Shown piece after piece: positions 1-10,971 of a stretch of 64,000 nucleotides of DNA. This DNA is from Myxococcota bacterium (GTDB lineage: Bacteria > Myxococcota_A > UBA9160 > UBA6930): contig OZ245002.1 of assembly GCA_965223415.1 (NCBI GenBank), positions 864,001 through 928,000 on the forward strand, written 5' to 3'. The position numbers were made by a program, and so were the translations under genes. Positions within the stretch are counted from its first letter, which is position 1. Every line of letters begins with the position of its first letter. The notes under the pieces are model-generated. The model saw only the letters and a program-made list of their open reading frames with translations. It was not told the DNA's origin and did no database searches.

Positions 1-1681
1 TGGCTCCGCGGTCCGCCTCGCCCTGGCGGCCCGGGACCTGGCCCTGGACGCCCCGTTGCGGGACCGGGTCGCCGAGCTCCCGCCGGAGGTCCGCGGGCCC
101 CTCGAGTTCGTCCTCGGGCGGCTGGAGAGCGGGCGCTTGCCCCGGGTGCGCCTCGAGACCCGGACCACCGTGGGCGGCTGGAACGATCTCCTCTCGGGCC
201 GGCTCTTCGCGCGTCCGGGCGCGGTCACCCTCGATCTCTCCCTCGAGGAGGCGACGCTCCGGGTCGGAGAGACGGACCGCATGGAGCAGGTGGCCGTCGA
301 GGCGTCCTTCCGGGGCGACGTCCTGGAGCTGAAGGCGCTCGAGGCCCACTTCCGCGGGGACCCGCTGCCGGCGATCTCGGGCCGGGTGAGCGGGTTGTCC
401 CACATCCGCTCGAGCGACGAGCTCCAATGCATCACCCCCTTCGACGTGCCGGCCCTCCCCGGCATCGCGTCCACCCGCGACTGGGTGCGGTCGCGCCGCG
501 ACGAGCCCGACGCCTCGACCTGGCAGCGCTTCCGGCTCGAAGCGGACTGGCTCGCCCACCCCGCCCTCCTCTGCACCCTGGAGCAGCTGGTCGCCGAGAT
601 CCGGCCCGCCCCGGGCGGGGTCGACCTCGATCTCGAGCGAGGCGTGTGGGCCGGCCTGCCCCTGGCGGCGCAGGTCGCCTTCCGCGAGGGCGCACCGGAC
701 GCCTGGCACGACGGGCGCGTCCGCGTGGACGTGGAAGTCGGCCCTCCCTTCGAGCCCATGCAGCCCGCCGCGCCGCGCCGCGCCTGGCTTCGCGGCCGCC
801 TCGACGCGGAGGCGACCCGGCTCGGCGATTGGCACATCCGCGGGGGCGAGGCGCGCTTCGCTGCCCGCGGCAGCCGCCTCTTCCTGGAAGGCGCCCGGAT
901 CGAGCTGGCGCCCCGGGGCGAGGTGCGCGGCCGCGCCGAGCTGGAGCTCGGCCACGAGGGCCGCGTCCTCTACGACGGCGGCCTGGCCCTCGAGGGCATT
1001 CCCATCGCCGACCTGTGGCGCGCCGCCGACCTGGGCGACGTCGCCCTCACCGGCAGCCTGCACGGCGCCATCCACGTCGAAGGCGAGCTGCTGCGAGACC
1101 ACCCGCCCCTCGCCTCCGCCCGCGGCCACTACACCCTTCAGGCCCGCGACGGCACCCTCCACCGCAAGCTCCCGCTCATGCTCGCCATCACCGTCGCCAG
1201 CGATCGCTGGAACCCGTTCGGGAGCCGTGACCGCATCGCCTATGAAGCGATCGACCTCACGGGCACGGTTGCGGAGGGGAGCCTGCGCAGCGACGTCCTG
1301 ACCGTGGAGGCCCCGACCTTCCGGATGGGCGCATCGGGAGAGCTCGGAGTGGAGGGACCGCATCCCCTGCAGGGCGTGCTCGGGATCTTCTTCTTCCCCG
1401 CCCTCGACCGGGTGATCGACCGGCTTCCCCTGGTGAACCGGGTGCTCCTGGGGCGAAACCGCAACCTGGTCGGGGCGTACTTCGCACTGGACGGCGAGGC
1501 GGGCGATCCCCGCGCGCGTATCATCCCAGTGAAGTCGATCACGGCCGTCGGGCCGGCGAGCTTCGTACTGGAGGGGCTGCCGGGCTTCGTGTGGGGCGGC
1601 ATCCAGCGCATCCAGGCCGTGCTGGTTCCCCGAGCGGCGGACGGCCCGAAGGACCGCGCCGCGGAGAGACAGGACTCGTGA
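1..1681 (+). CDS. AsmA-like / YhdP-type outer-envelope lipid-bridge protein, C-terminal part (5' truncated by window)
   Basis: Long ORF of beta-rich repeats ending with '...LDRVIDRLPLVNRVLLG...GAYFALDGEAGDPRARIIP', typical of the AsmA_2 C-terminus; TGA overlaps the next GTG. Confidence 0.7.
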   Translation, partial: GSAVRLALAARDLALDAPLRDRVAELPPEVRGPLEFVLGRLESGRLPRVRLETRTTVGGWNDLLSGRLFARPGAVTLDLSLEEATLRVGETDRMEQVAVEASFRGDVLELKALEAHFRGDPLPAISGRVSGLSHIRSSDELQCITPFDVPALPGIASTRDWVRSRRDEPDASTWQRFRLEADWLAHPALLCTLEQLVAEIRPAPGGVDLDLERGVWAGLPLAAQVAFREGAPDAWHDGRVRVDVEVGPPFEPMQPAAPRRAWLRGRLDAEATRLGDWHIRGGEARFAARGSRLFLEGARIELAPRGEVRGRAELELGHEGRVLYDGGLALEGIPIADLWRAADLGDVALTGSLHGAIHVEGELLRDHPPLASARGHYTLQARDGTLHRKLPLMLAITVASDRWNPFGSRDRIAYEAIDLTGTVAEGSLRSDVLTVEAPTFRMGASGELGVEGPHPLQGVLGIFFFPALDRVIDRLPLVNRVLLGRNRNLVGAYFALDGEAGDPRARIIPVKSITAVGPASFVLEGLPGFVWGGIQRIQAVLVPRAADGPKDRAAERQDS

Positions 1682-2202
1682 GCTCGCCTTCTGCGCGCAG
1701 CAAGATCCTCACCCGCCGTGCGGCCCAGGCCGCGGTGAAGCGTGCCCAGCGGCGGGGCGAGCGGGTGGTCTTCACGAGCGGCTGCTTCGACCTGCTGCAC
1801 GTGGGTCACGTGCGCAGCCTGGAGCAGGCGCGCGGCTTCGGCGATCGCCTGGTGGTCGCGATCAACAGCGACGCGTCGGTTCGCCGCTTCAAGGGGCCAG
1901 AGCGCCCGATCGTTCCCGCCCGGCAGCGGGCCGAGGTACTGGCCGCACTGGCCTGCGTCGACTGGGTGCTCGTCTTCGGCGGAGCGACGCCCAGGGCCAC
2001 CCTCGCCGCCCTCGCACCGGACGTCTACGCCAAGGGCGGTGACTGGCCCCTCGCCGTGCTGCGGGCCCAGGACCTCCCGCCGGGCTTCGCCGGCCAGGTG
2101 CGGAGGCTGCGGCAGGTGCCCGGCGCCCGCACCACCCGGATCGTGGAGCGCATCCTGGAGAAACGGCGAACGACTCCCAGGCGTCGTACCGTGCGGGAGT
2201 GA
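1678..2202 (+). CDS. rfaE2: D-glycero-beta-D-manno-heptose 1-phosphate adenylyltransferase (RfaE/HldE domain II, cytidylyltransferase fold)
   Basis: VVFTSGCFDLLHVGH, AINSDASVRRFKGPERP and YAKGGDW motifs; GTG start at 1678 overlaps the upstream stop (GTGA). Confidence 0.88.
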   Translation: MSSPSARSKILTRRAAQAAVKRAQRRGERVVFTSGCFDLLHVGHVRSLEQARGFGDRLVVAINSDASVRRFKGPERPIVPARQRAEVLAALACVDWVLVFGGATPRATLAALAPDVYAKGGDWPLAVLRAQDLPPGFAGQVRRLRQVPGARTTRIVERILEKRRTTPRRRTVRE

Positions 2203-2242
2203 GCTCTTCGGGCGGGACGCTGGCTTGAACACACGAGACGTC

Positions 2243-3217
2243 ATGGACGGAGCCGAGGCCACGCTAAAGGCCCTGCGCGAGGAAGTCGCGCGGGTCCTGG
2301 TGGGCCAGGAGGGCCTGGTAGAGGGCCTCCTGATCGGGCTCCTCTCCGGCGGTCACGTGCTGGTCGAGGGCGTCCCCGGGCTCGCCAAGACCACCGCGGT
2401 GCGCACCCTGGCCCAGGTGCTCGGGCTGGGCTTCCGACGCATCCAGTTCACGCCGGACCTCCTGCCGAGCGATCTGGTGGGCACGCCGGTCTTCGTGCCC
2501 GACGAGCAGCGCTTCGAGGTGCGCAAGGGACCCGTCTTCTCGCCGGTGGTGCTGGCGGACGAGATCAACCGCGCCCCAGCCAAGGTGCAGTCGGCGCTCC
2601 TCGAGGCGATGGAGGAACGCCAGGTCACCATCGGCGACCAGACCTTTCCGCTGCCGGACCCCTTCCTGGTGATGGCCACCCAGAACCCGATCGACCTGGA
2701 GGGCACCTACGCGCTTCCGGAAGCCCAGGTCGACCGCTTCCTCCTGAAGCTGCAGGTTCGCTACCCGAACGCGGACGAGGAGCGGGAGATCGTCGCCCGC
2801 GACGGCGCCGACGCGCCGGAGGTGCGGGCGGTGGCGGACCCGGCCGAGATCCTGCGCCTGCGCGAGGCCGCGAGCCAGGTCCACGCCGCGGAGCCGGTCG
2901 TCGACTACGCCGTGCGGCTGGTGCGCGCGACCCGCGAGCCGGACCTGGCGGGCGCGGTGCTCGAGGCGCCGGAGAAGCGGGCGGCGACCGGTGCGGTCGC
3001 AGTGGGCGCCTCACCGCGCGCCTCGATCTTCCTGTCACGAGCCGCGCGGGCCCGCGCCCTGCTCGGGGGACGGCGCTACGTCACACCCCACGACGTGAAG
3101 CAGGTGGCGCCGGACGTGCTGCGCCACCGGCTGATCCTCTCCTACGAAGCCGAGGCGGACGGCGTGGACGTGGAAGAAGTGCTCCGCGCCCTACTCGCCG
3201 CGGTGGAGACGCCCTGA
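2243..3217 (+). CDS. moxR: MoxR-family AAA+ ATPase
   Basis: Walker A GVPGLAKT, RIQFTPDLLPSD, Walker B LADEINRA, ATQNPID.EGTY.LPEAQ.DRF. Confidence 0.95.
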   Translation: MDGAEATLKALREEVARVLVGQEGLVEGLLIGLLSGGHVLVEGVPGLAKTTAVRTLAQVLGLGFRRIQFTPDLLPSDLVGTPVFVPDEQRFEVRKGPVFSPVVLADEINRAPAKVQSALLEAMEERQVTIGDQTFPLPDPFLVMATQNPIDLEGTYALPEAQVDRFLLKLQVRYPNADEEREIVARDGADAPEVRAVADPAEILRLREAASQVHAAEPVVDYAVRLVRATREPDLAGAVLEAPEKRAATGAVAVGASPRASIFLSRAARARALLGGRRYVTPHDVKQVAPDVLRHRLILSYEAEADGVDVEEVLRALLAAVETP

Positions 3218-3220
3218 GCC

Positions 3221-4201
3221 GTGGCGACGCCCGCCCCGGTCGGCTTGGTCCACGCCCCCGGAAGCTGGACGGCGCAGGCCGGCGAGCTTTCCCGGGCGCC
3301 GCGCATCCTCGCCGTGCGCAGCCGGCGCGAGGTGAGCGGCGCCTTCGTCGGCGGCTACCAGAGCGCCTTCCGCGGGGTGGGCATCGAGTTCGAGGAGTCC
3401 CGGCCCTACGTCCCCGGCGACGACGTCCGCTTCCTCGACGCGGCGGTGATGGCGCGCACCGGCGTGCCCTACGTGAAGCGCTTCCGGGAGGAGCGCGACC
3501 AGACGGTCCACCTCGTGGTCGACGTCTCCGGCTCGATGGCCTTCGGCAGCGCCGGCCGGCCGAAGGGGGCGCTGGCCGCCCACGCCGCGGCACTGCTGGC
3601 CGTCGCGGCGCTTCGCGCCGGCGATCGGGTGGGCCTGTGGACCTTCGACGAGAAGGTGCGGAGCGAGCTTCCGCCCGCCCGCGGCGGACGCCAGGCCTGG
3701 CAGATCCTCGAGCGACTGGTCGCGGCCCCGGGAGACCTGGGCGGCGCCACGGGGCTGGCAGCGGCGCTGGCGCGGGTGCGCGGTGCAGCCCGGCGACGCG
3801 GCCTGGTCTTCGTGATCTCCGACTTCCGCGACGAGCGCTTCTTCGCGCCGGCCGGCCCGGGCGAGGCGCCGCCCCGGGCCGAGTGGGTCGGCCTGGCGCG
3901 GGAGCACGACCTGGTGGCGATCCTCGTGCACGACCCGCGGGAGGACGCCCTTCCGCGCGCCGGCACGATCCGCGTCGCCGACCCGGAGCGCCCGGGCCGC
4001 ACGCTCCTCCTCGCCACCGGGCGCAAGGCGGTCCGCGAGCGCTACCGCACTGCCAGCGAGGTGCGTCGCCGGGCGCTCGTCCGCCGGCTCCGGGGCGACG
4101 GCGCCAGCGTGCTCAGCCTGCGCGCGGACCGGGAGCCCCTGCGCGGCCTCGCCCGCTTCTTCGCCGAGCGCGCGCTGACCCGCGGGAGGGGCCGGCGATG
4201 A
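3221..4201 (+). CDS. DUF58 domain protein (MoxR-associated VWA-like)
   Basis: G.EFEESRPYVPGDDVR, VKRFREER, VDVSGSM, VISDF motifs; follows moxR. Confidence 0.92.
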   Translation: MATPAPVGLVHAPGSWTAQAGELSRAPRILAVRSRREVSGAFVGGYQSAFRGVGIEFEESRPYVPGDDVRFLDAAVMARTGVPYVKRFREERDQTVHLVVDVSGSMAFGSAGRPKGALAAHAAALLAVAALRAGDRVGLWTFDEKVRSELPPARGGRQAWQILERLVAAPGDLGGATGLAAALARVRGAARRRGLVFVISDFRDERFFAPAGPGEAPPRAEWVGLAREHDLVAILVHDPREDALPRAGTIRVADPERPGRTLLLATGRKAVRERYRTASEVRRRALVRRLRGDGASVLSLRADREPLRGLARFFAERALTRGRGRR

Positions 4202-5286
4202 GGGTGGCTCCCGCCCTCGTCGCGGCAGCGCTCGGCGTGCCGCTGGCCTGCGCCGAGACGGTGCCGCCGGAGCGGCCGCCCGCCGTCTCCGGGCCGGCGG
4301 CCACCACGATCCTCGAGCCGCCGCGGCTCGAGATCGGCGAGACCGCCGCCATCGACGTCGCGGTGGCCGTGCCGCCGGGCGCGAAGGTCGGCCCCGTCGA
4401 GACGCCCCGCGAGACGCCGGGCCTGTGGGTGCTGGCCGTCTCCGGGCCCACGGTCGAGCGCACGCCGGAGCGCGAGGTCCACCGCACCCGCTTCCGCGTC
4501 CGTGCCAAGGAGACCGGCGACTTCGCGTGGCCGGCGAGCCGCGTCTCCATCGACCTCGCCAACGGCACCGAGCAGGTCCTCGACGTTCCCGCGCGCCCGT
4601 TCCGGGTGCACACGGTGGCCCACGACGTGCCGGACCAGCTGACCTTCTTCTCCTACCGCTCGCCGGCCTTGCTAGGCGAGGAGCGCGGCGGCGGTGGCGT
4701 GCTGCTCCCCGCCTTGGTCGGCGCCGCCCTGGCCCTCGCCGGCGTCGGGCTGGTGGGGTGGGTGCGGCGAGCGCGCCGTGTTCGCGACGCGCCCCCAGCG
4801 GAGCCCGCCCCGAGCCAGGTGCCCTGGCGCTCCGCCCAGGCGGCCCTCGCCGCGGCGGCGGAGGTGGCCGAGAGCGATCTCCCACGCGCTGCGGACATGG
4901 CCTCGGCAGCGCTCCGCGTGTTCGTCGACCACCGGTTCCACACGCGGACGACGCGGGCCACGAGCGAGGAGCTGCGGGCGAGCGAGGCGCCCTTCCTGCT
5001 GACCACGCGCTGGGAGCGGCTGCTCGAGCTCCTGGAACGCTTCGACGCCCTGCGCTTCCCGCCGCCGGCGGCCAACGGCGGCGCCGACCCCGGGCGGCTG
5101 CGCGCGGCGGTGGAGGACGCCCAGGCCTTCGTCCGGGACGCGACGCCGCGGGGAAACGCGATGCCCGCGTCGCCGGCGCCGGGCGATGCGGCGCCGTCCG
5201 AGCCAGCGGCTGCTCCGAGTGACGCGGAGCCGGCAGCCGTGCCGGGTGATACGACGCCGGCCGGGCCGCGGACCGACGACGGGTGA
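4198..5286 (+). CDS. Membrane-anchored BatD-like / DUF4381-type protein of the MoxR operon
   Basis: Signal peptide or lipobox (GVPLAC), Ig-like region, central TM helix, Pro/Ala-rich tail; ATGA overlap with DUF58 gene. Confidence 0.65.
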   Translation: MRVAPALVAAALGVPLACAETVPPERPPAVSGPAATTILEPPRLEIGETAAIDVAVAVPPGAKVGPVETPRETPGLWVLAVSGPTVERTPEREVHRTRFRVRAKETGDFAWPASRVSIDLANGTEQVLDVPARPFRVHTVAHDVPDQLTFFSYRSPALLGEERGGGGVLLPALVGAALALAGVGLVGWVRRARRVRDAPPAEPAPSQVPWRSAQAALAAAAEVAESDLPRAADMASAALRVFVDHRFHTRTTRATSEELRASEAPFLLTTRWERLLELLERFDALRFPPPAANGGADPGRLRAAVEDAQAFVRDATPRGNAMPASPAPGDAAPSEPAAAPSDAEPAAVPGDTTPAGPRTDDG

Positions 5287-6350
5287 GCGAGGCGCTGGCC
5301 GCGGCCGTGCGGGCCGCCACCGGCTCGCCGGTGGCGGGCTTCGCCGAGCCGACCTGGCTGTGGCTACTTCCCGTGGCGTGGGCCTGGCTCGCCGCCGTGC
5401 ACCTCGCCGGACGGCGGGCTGCGCTCGGCTGGCCGGCCACGACCGAGGCCCGGGCCGCGGGCGCCCGACGATTCGACGCCGTCGGGAGCTGCGTCGGCGC
5501 CCTGCGACTCGCTGCGGTGACGCTGCTGGCCCTGGTGCTCGCCCGGCCCATGGGCTCGGAGCAGGAGGTGAAGCTCCGCCACGACGGGCTCGACCTGGTG
5601 CTCGCCCTGGACGCCTCGGGCAGCATGCGCGCCCTCGACGCGGAAGGCGCCGGCGAGCCCCGCACGCGGCTCAGCCTCGCGAAGGAGGTGGTCGCCCGCT
5701 TCGCCGGCGAGCGCGTGGCCGAGGGGGACCGGGTCGCGCTGGTCGTGTTCGGCGATCGTGCCTTCACCCAGAGCCCCCTGTCGTCGGACGGAGCGCTGCT
5801 GGCCGCCGCCCTCGGCCGGGTGGAGGCGGGCATGGCCGGCGAGTCCACCGCCCTGGGCGACGCCCTCGGCCTCTCGGTGAAACGGGCGGGCCCGAAGCGC
5901 GAGGCCGCCGACGCCGAGGCCCTCGCCGGCCGGGTCGTCGTCCTCCTCACCGACGGGCGCTCGAACGCCGGCCAGGTGCCGCCGGAGATCGCCCTGGCCC
6001 TCGCCCGCGACCGCGGCGTGCGGGTGCACACGGTGGGCATCGGCGGGCAGGGACAGGTCGCCATGGCCGGGCGCCACGGCGGCCGTCGGCTCTCCCTCGA
6101 GCGGCACGATCTCGACGCCGCGACCCTCCAGCGCGTCGCGGAGCAAACCGGCGGGCGCTACTTCGCGGCCCGCAGCTCCGAGGACCTGGCGTCGGTGTAC
6201 GCGGAGATTGACCAGCTCGAGCGAGTCGAGCGCGAGGCCCCGCCGCGCCGATTGGGCGCGCCGGTGCCGGAGCCCCTCCTGGCTGCGGCGGGCGGCCTGC
6301 TCTTCGCCCAGCTGATGCTGGGTCGCGTGCTGGCGAGGCGGCTGCCATGA
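5283..6350 (+). CDS. batA: VWA domain membrane protein (BatA-like)
   Basis: N-terminal 'FAEPTWLWLLP', LARP, MIDAS DASGSM, TALGDAL, LLTDGRSN. Confidence 0.85.
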   Translation: MSEALAAAVRAATGSPVAGFAEPTWLWLLPVAWAWLAAVHLAGRRAALGWPATTEARAAGARRFDAVGSCVGALRLAAVTLLALVLARPMGSEQEVKLRHDGLDLVLALDASGSMRALDAEGAGEPRTRLSLAKEVVARFAGERVAEGDRVALVVFGDRAFTQSPLSSDGALLAAALGRVEAGMAGESTALGDALGLSVKRAGPKREAADAEALAGRVVVLLTDGRSNAGQVPPEIALALARDRGVRVHTVGIGGQGQVAMAGRHGGRRLSLERHDLDAATLQRVAEQTGGRYFAARSSEDLASVYAEIDQLERVEREAPPRRLGAPVPEPLLAAAGGLLFAQLMLGRVLARRLP

Positions 6351-8065
6351 GCGACGTCGCTCCCCTCGCCCATCCCGAGTGGCTGGTGCCCCTCGCGTCC
6401 CTCGTCGCGGGCTGCGCGCTCGCCATGCTCTTCGCCTTCCGCCGCGGCGAGCGCGCGCTGCGCGGGCTGATCGGCGTGGCCCCGGGCTCCCTCGATCGCG
6501 GGCTGCGCGACGGCCTGCTGCTGCTCGCCCTCGCCGCCGTGGCGGTCGGACTGGTGGGTCCGCGCATCGGCACGGAGAAGCTCCGGGTGCCGGCCACCGG
6601 CCTCGACCTGGTCGTGCTCCTCGACCTCTCCCGCAGCATGACCGCCGCCGACGTGCCGCCGAGCCGCATGGCCCGGGCGCGGCGCATCGCGGCTGGCGTG
6701 CTCGAACGCCTCGGGGAGGGCGATCGCGCTGCGCTGGCCGTGTTCGCCGGCCAGGCCGCACTGGTCACGCCGATCACGCCGGACAAGGCGGCCCTCACCG
6801 AGATGCTCCCGGCCCTCGATCCGACGCTCCTGGCCGACGTCGGCTCCGACGGCGCGGCGGGCCTGCAGGCCGCCCTGCCCGCCTTCGAGGGCTCGGGACC
6901 GCGGCCGCGGCTGCTCCTGCTGCTGAGCGACGGCGAGGTCGGCCGCGTGCCGGCGAGCGTGCTGGAGGACCTGAAGCGCGCCGACACCCGGGTGGTGACG
7001 GTGCTGCTCGGCACCGAGCCCGGCGGGCCGATCCCGGATCGGGGACGCCTGCTCCTGGACGCGGACGGCCGGACCGTCCGCAGTCGACGGGTGCTCGCGG
7101 ATCTGGCGCCGGTGGTCGAGGCGACCGGTGGCCGCAGCTTCCTCGCCGACGCATGGGGCGAGGTCGACCTGCGCGGACTCGTCGCGGAGATCCGACGCGA
7201 CGCAATTCCCACCGCCGAAGGCATGCTGCTCCGCCGGGTGCCGGTCACCTGGGTCGCGCTCCCCGCCGGTGCGGCCCTCCTGCTGCTGCTCCTGGAGGCG
7301 TGGCCCCGCGCCTTCGGGCGCCGCCGCCGCCCGACACCGAGCCCGCCGCCGGCGATCCCGGGCACCCGCACGGCCCTCGTGACTCGCGTCCTGCCCTGGC
7401 TGCTGCTCGGCGTGCTGGTGCCGCGCGCCGCCGAGCCCCAGGCCGACCCGCGTCCCCTCCTCGAGGCGCGGCTGCGGGCCGACGGACCCGACGGGCGACT
7501 GCTCGTGGCCCTGGGCGTGGCCCGTGCCGAGGCCGGAGAGCAGGCGGAAGCTCGACAGGCTTTCCGCGCCGCCGCCCTCGGCGCCTCCGACCCACGCGTC
7601 TCGGCCCTCGCCTGGTACGACCTGGGCGTGCTGGCCCTGGAGGGCGGCCGCCTGGCCGAAGCCCGCGACGCGTTCTTCGAATCGCTCGCCCTCGAGCCCG
7701 GGAGCCGCAAGGCGAAGTTCAACCTCGAGTGGACCCTCGCGGCCCTGCGCAGCGAGGAGCGGGAGCCGCCGGAGGCGCCGCCCCGGCCGGACCCGTCCGC
7801 CCAGGAAGAGGCGCCTCAGCCGGACGAAGATGCCCCGGCAACCGAGCCGGAGCAGCAGCGAGCCGAAGAGCGCGCGGAGCCCACACCGGACGAGCCCCCG
7901 GCAGAGGGCCAGGAGGCCCGCAGCGGGCGCTCCGAGCCGCCCCCGCCCCTCGACCGGGAGGCGGCGGAGCGCTGGCTCGACGGCCTGGAGGACGACGTGC
8001 GCGCCGCCCTCGAGGCCCAGCTCGAGGAGCTGGGCGGACCCTGGCGCGGCGGGCCGCGCTGGTGA
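6347..8065 (+). CDS. VWA domain + TPR protein (BatB/BatC-like fusion)
   Basis: DLSRSM MIDAS, DV.PSRM, LLSDGE; C-terminal TPR (AWYDLGV...AKFNLE) and acidic linker. Confidence 0.82.
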   Translation: MSDVAPLAHPEWLVPLASLVAGCALAMLFAFRRGERALRGLIGVAPGSLDRGLRDGLLLLALAAVAVGLVGPRIGTEKLRVPATGLDLVVLLDLSRSMTAADVPPSRMARARRIAAGVLERLGEGDRAALAVFAGQAALVTPITPDKAALTEMLPALDPTLLADVGSDGAAGLQAALPAFEGSGPRPRLLLLLSDGEVGRVPASVLEDLKRADTRVVTVLLGTEPGGPIPDRGRLLLDADGRTVRSRRVLADLAPVVEATGGRSFLADAWGEVDLRGLVAEIRRDAIPTAEGMLLRRVPVTWVALPAGAALLLLLLEAWPRAFGRRRRPTPSPPPAIPGTRTALVTRVLPWLLLGVLVPRAAEPQADPRPLLEARLRADGPDGRLLVALGVARAEAGEQAEARQAFRAAALGASDPRVSALAWYDLGVLALEGGRLAEARDAFFESLALEPGSRKAKFNLEWTLAALRSEEREPPEAPPRPDPSAQEEAPQPDEDAPATEPEQQRAEERAEPTPDEPPAEGQEARSGRSEPPPPLDREAAERWLDGLEDDVRAALEAQLEELGGPWRGGPRW

Positions 8066-9315
8066 GAGGCGCCCGCGCGGCGATCGCCGTGCTGTCCGTG
8101 CTGGCGCCCCTGGCTCCGCAGCCCGCCGAAGCGGAGGCGCCCGCGCCCTGCGCCGTGACCGTGCGCCTCGAGCCCGAAGAGGCCTTCGTCGGCCAGCAGG
8201 TGCTCTACGCCCTGCGCATCGAGCAGCGCCGGGACGTGGCGCGGGTGCGCTTCCAGCCGGCGCTCTCCTTTCCCTCCATGCGCAGCGAGTGGCTCCCGAC
8301 GGTGAACCTGCCCGACCCGGGCGAGGGCACGCGCGCCTACGAAGAACGCCGCGCGCTGCACCCGGCCCACGCCGGCACACTCCCCCTCCCGGAAGTCGCC
8401 CTCGTCTGCGACACGCCGGAAGGGACCCGGCTCGTCCGCGTCCCGTCGGCTTCCCTGCCCGTGCACGACGTGCCGGAGACCGCGCTGCCCGAGGCGTGGC
8501 GGGGAGACTGGAAGGGCGTGATCGGCCCCGTCGAGCTCGGCTGGACGCTGACGCCGGGACGCATCGCCCTGGGAGAGACGGCGCGGCTCAGCGTGCGCAT
8601 CGCGGGCCCGGGAAACGTCTGGCGGGTCGACCCGGGCTTGGAGCGGGTGCTGGCGCCAGCCGACGCGGACGTGTTCCCCCTGGCCCCCGAGACCCTGCGC
8701 GATTCCGGCCGCAGTCTCACCCTGCGCCACTATCGGAGCTACGACCTCGTGCCGCGCCGGAGCGTGGAGCTCCTCGTCCCGGGCCTGCGGGTGGTCGCCT
8801 TCGAGCCGCTGGCACGGGAGTTCCGGGAGTACACGTTGCCGGACCTGCGGCTCGAGGTGAACCCGCGACCGGCCATGGAGCCGCCGGAACCGGCCCCGCC
8901 GAGGCGGCGCCAGGCAGCGGTGCGGGAGCCGAGCGACGCGGGCGGTCCGGGCTGGGCGGCGCTCCTGGCGCTCCTCGGCGCCGCCCTCGTGGTCCTCCTG
9001 GGATGGCGGCTGCGCGGCCGGCCGGCCGATCCGCGTCGCCAGGCGGGGCCGATGCTGGCGGAAGGCCGGGCGGCCCTCCGCGACGGAGACCTCCCGGGCG
9101 CGGCCAAGGCCCTGGCCCGTTGCCTGGCCGAGCTGCGTGGCGCCCACCCGGAGGACCCGTTCGATGTCGACGGCGCGACGGACGGGCGCGAGCGAGCCCT
9201 GGCGCTCCTGGACGAGCGCGTCGAGCGCGCGCGCTTCGCGGGCGAGCCGGACGCGGCGGAGCTTCGCGCCGTCGCCGGCGAGCTCGAGACGTTGCTCGGC
9301 GACCGACGGCGCTAG
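8062..9315 (+). CDS. batD: BatD-family protein
   Basis: GTG start overlapping upstream TGA; signal peptide, 'EAFVGQQVLY', 'IALGETARLSVRIAGPGN', C-terminal TM helix. Confidence 0.7.
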   Translation: MRGARAAIAVLSVLAPLAPQPAEAEAPAPCAVTVRLEPEEAFVGQQVLYALRIEQRRDVARVRFQPALSFPSMRSEWLPTVNLPDPGEGTRAYEERRALHPAHAGTLPLPEVALVCDTPEGTRLVRVPSASLPVHDVPETALPEAWRGDWKGVIGPVELGWTLTPGRIALGETARLSVRIAGPGNVWRVDPGLERVLAPADADVFPLAPETLRDSGRSLTLRHYRSYDLVPRRSVELLVPGLRVVAFEPLAREFREYTLPDLRLEVNPRPAMEPPEPAPPRRRQAAVREPSDAGGPGWAALLALLGAALVVLLGWRLRGRPADPRRQAGPMLAEGRAALRDGDLPGAAKALARCLAELRGAHPEDPFDVDGATDGRERALALLDERVERARFAGEPDAAELRAVAGELETLLGDRRR

Positions 9316-9360
9316 GGAGATTGCTACGATCCGCCTCCCCGTAAGCCCCAGGAGGCCCCG

Positions 9361-10971
<1,611 letters not shown>

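Noticed and set aside
5161..5253. Degenerate 27-bp tandem units in the Pro/Ala-rich protein tail
   Set aside because: Ordinary low-complexity linker with poor nucleotide identity
8886..8897. GGAACCGGCCCC match to the repeat core inside the BatD-like gene
   Set aside because: Only 12 GC-rich bases, encodes part of PEPAP, and lacks the AAA and octamer flanks; likely chance
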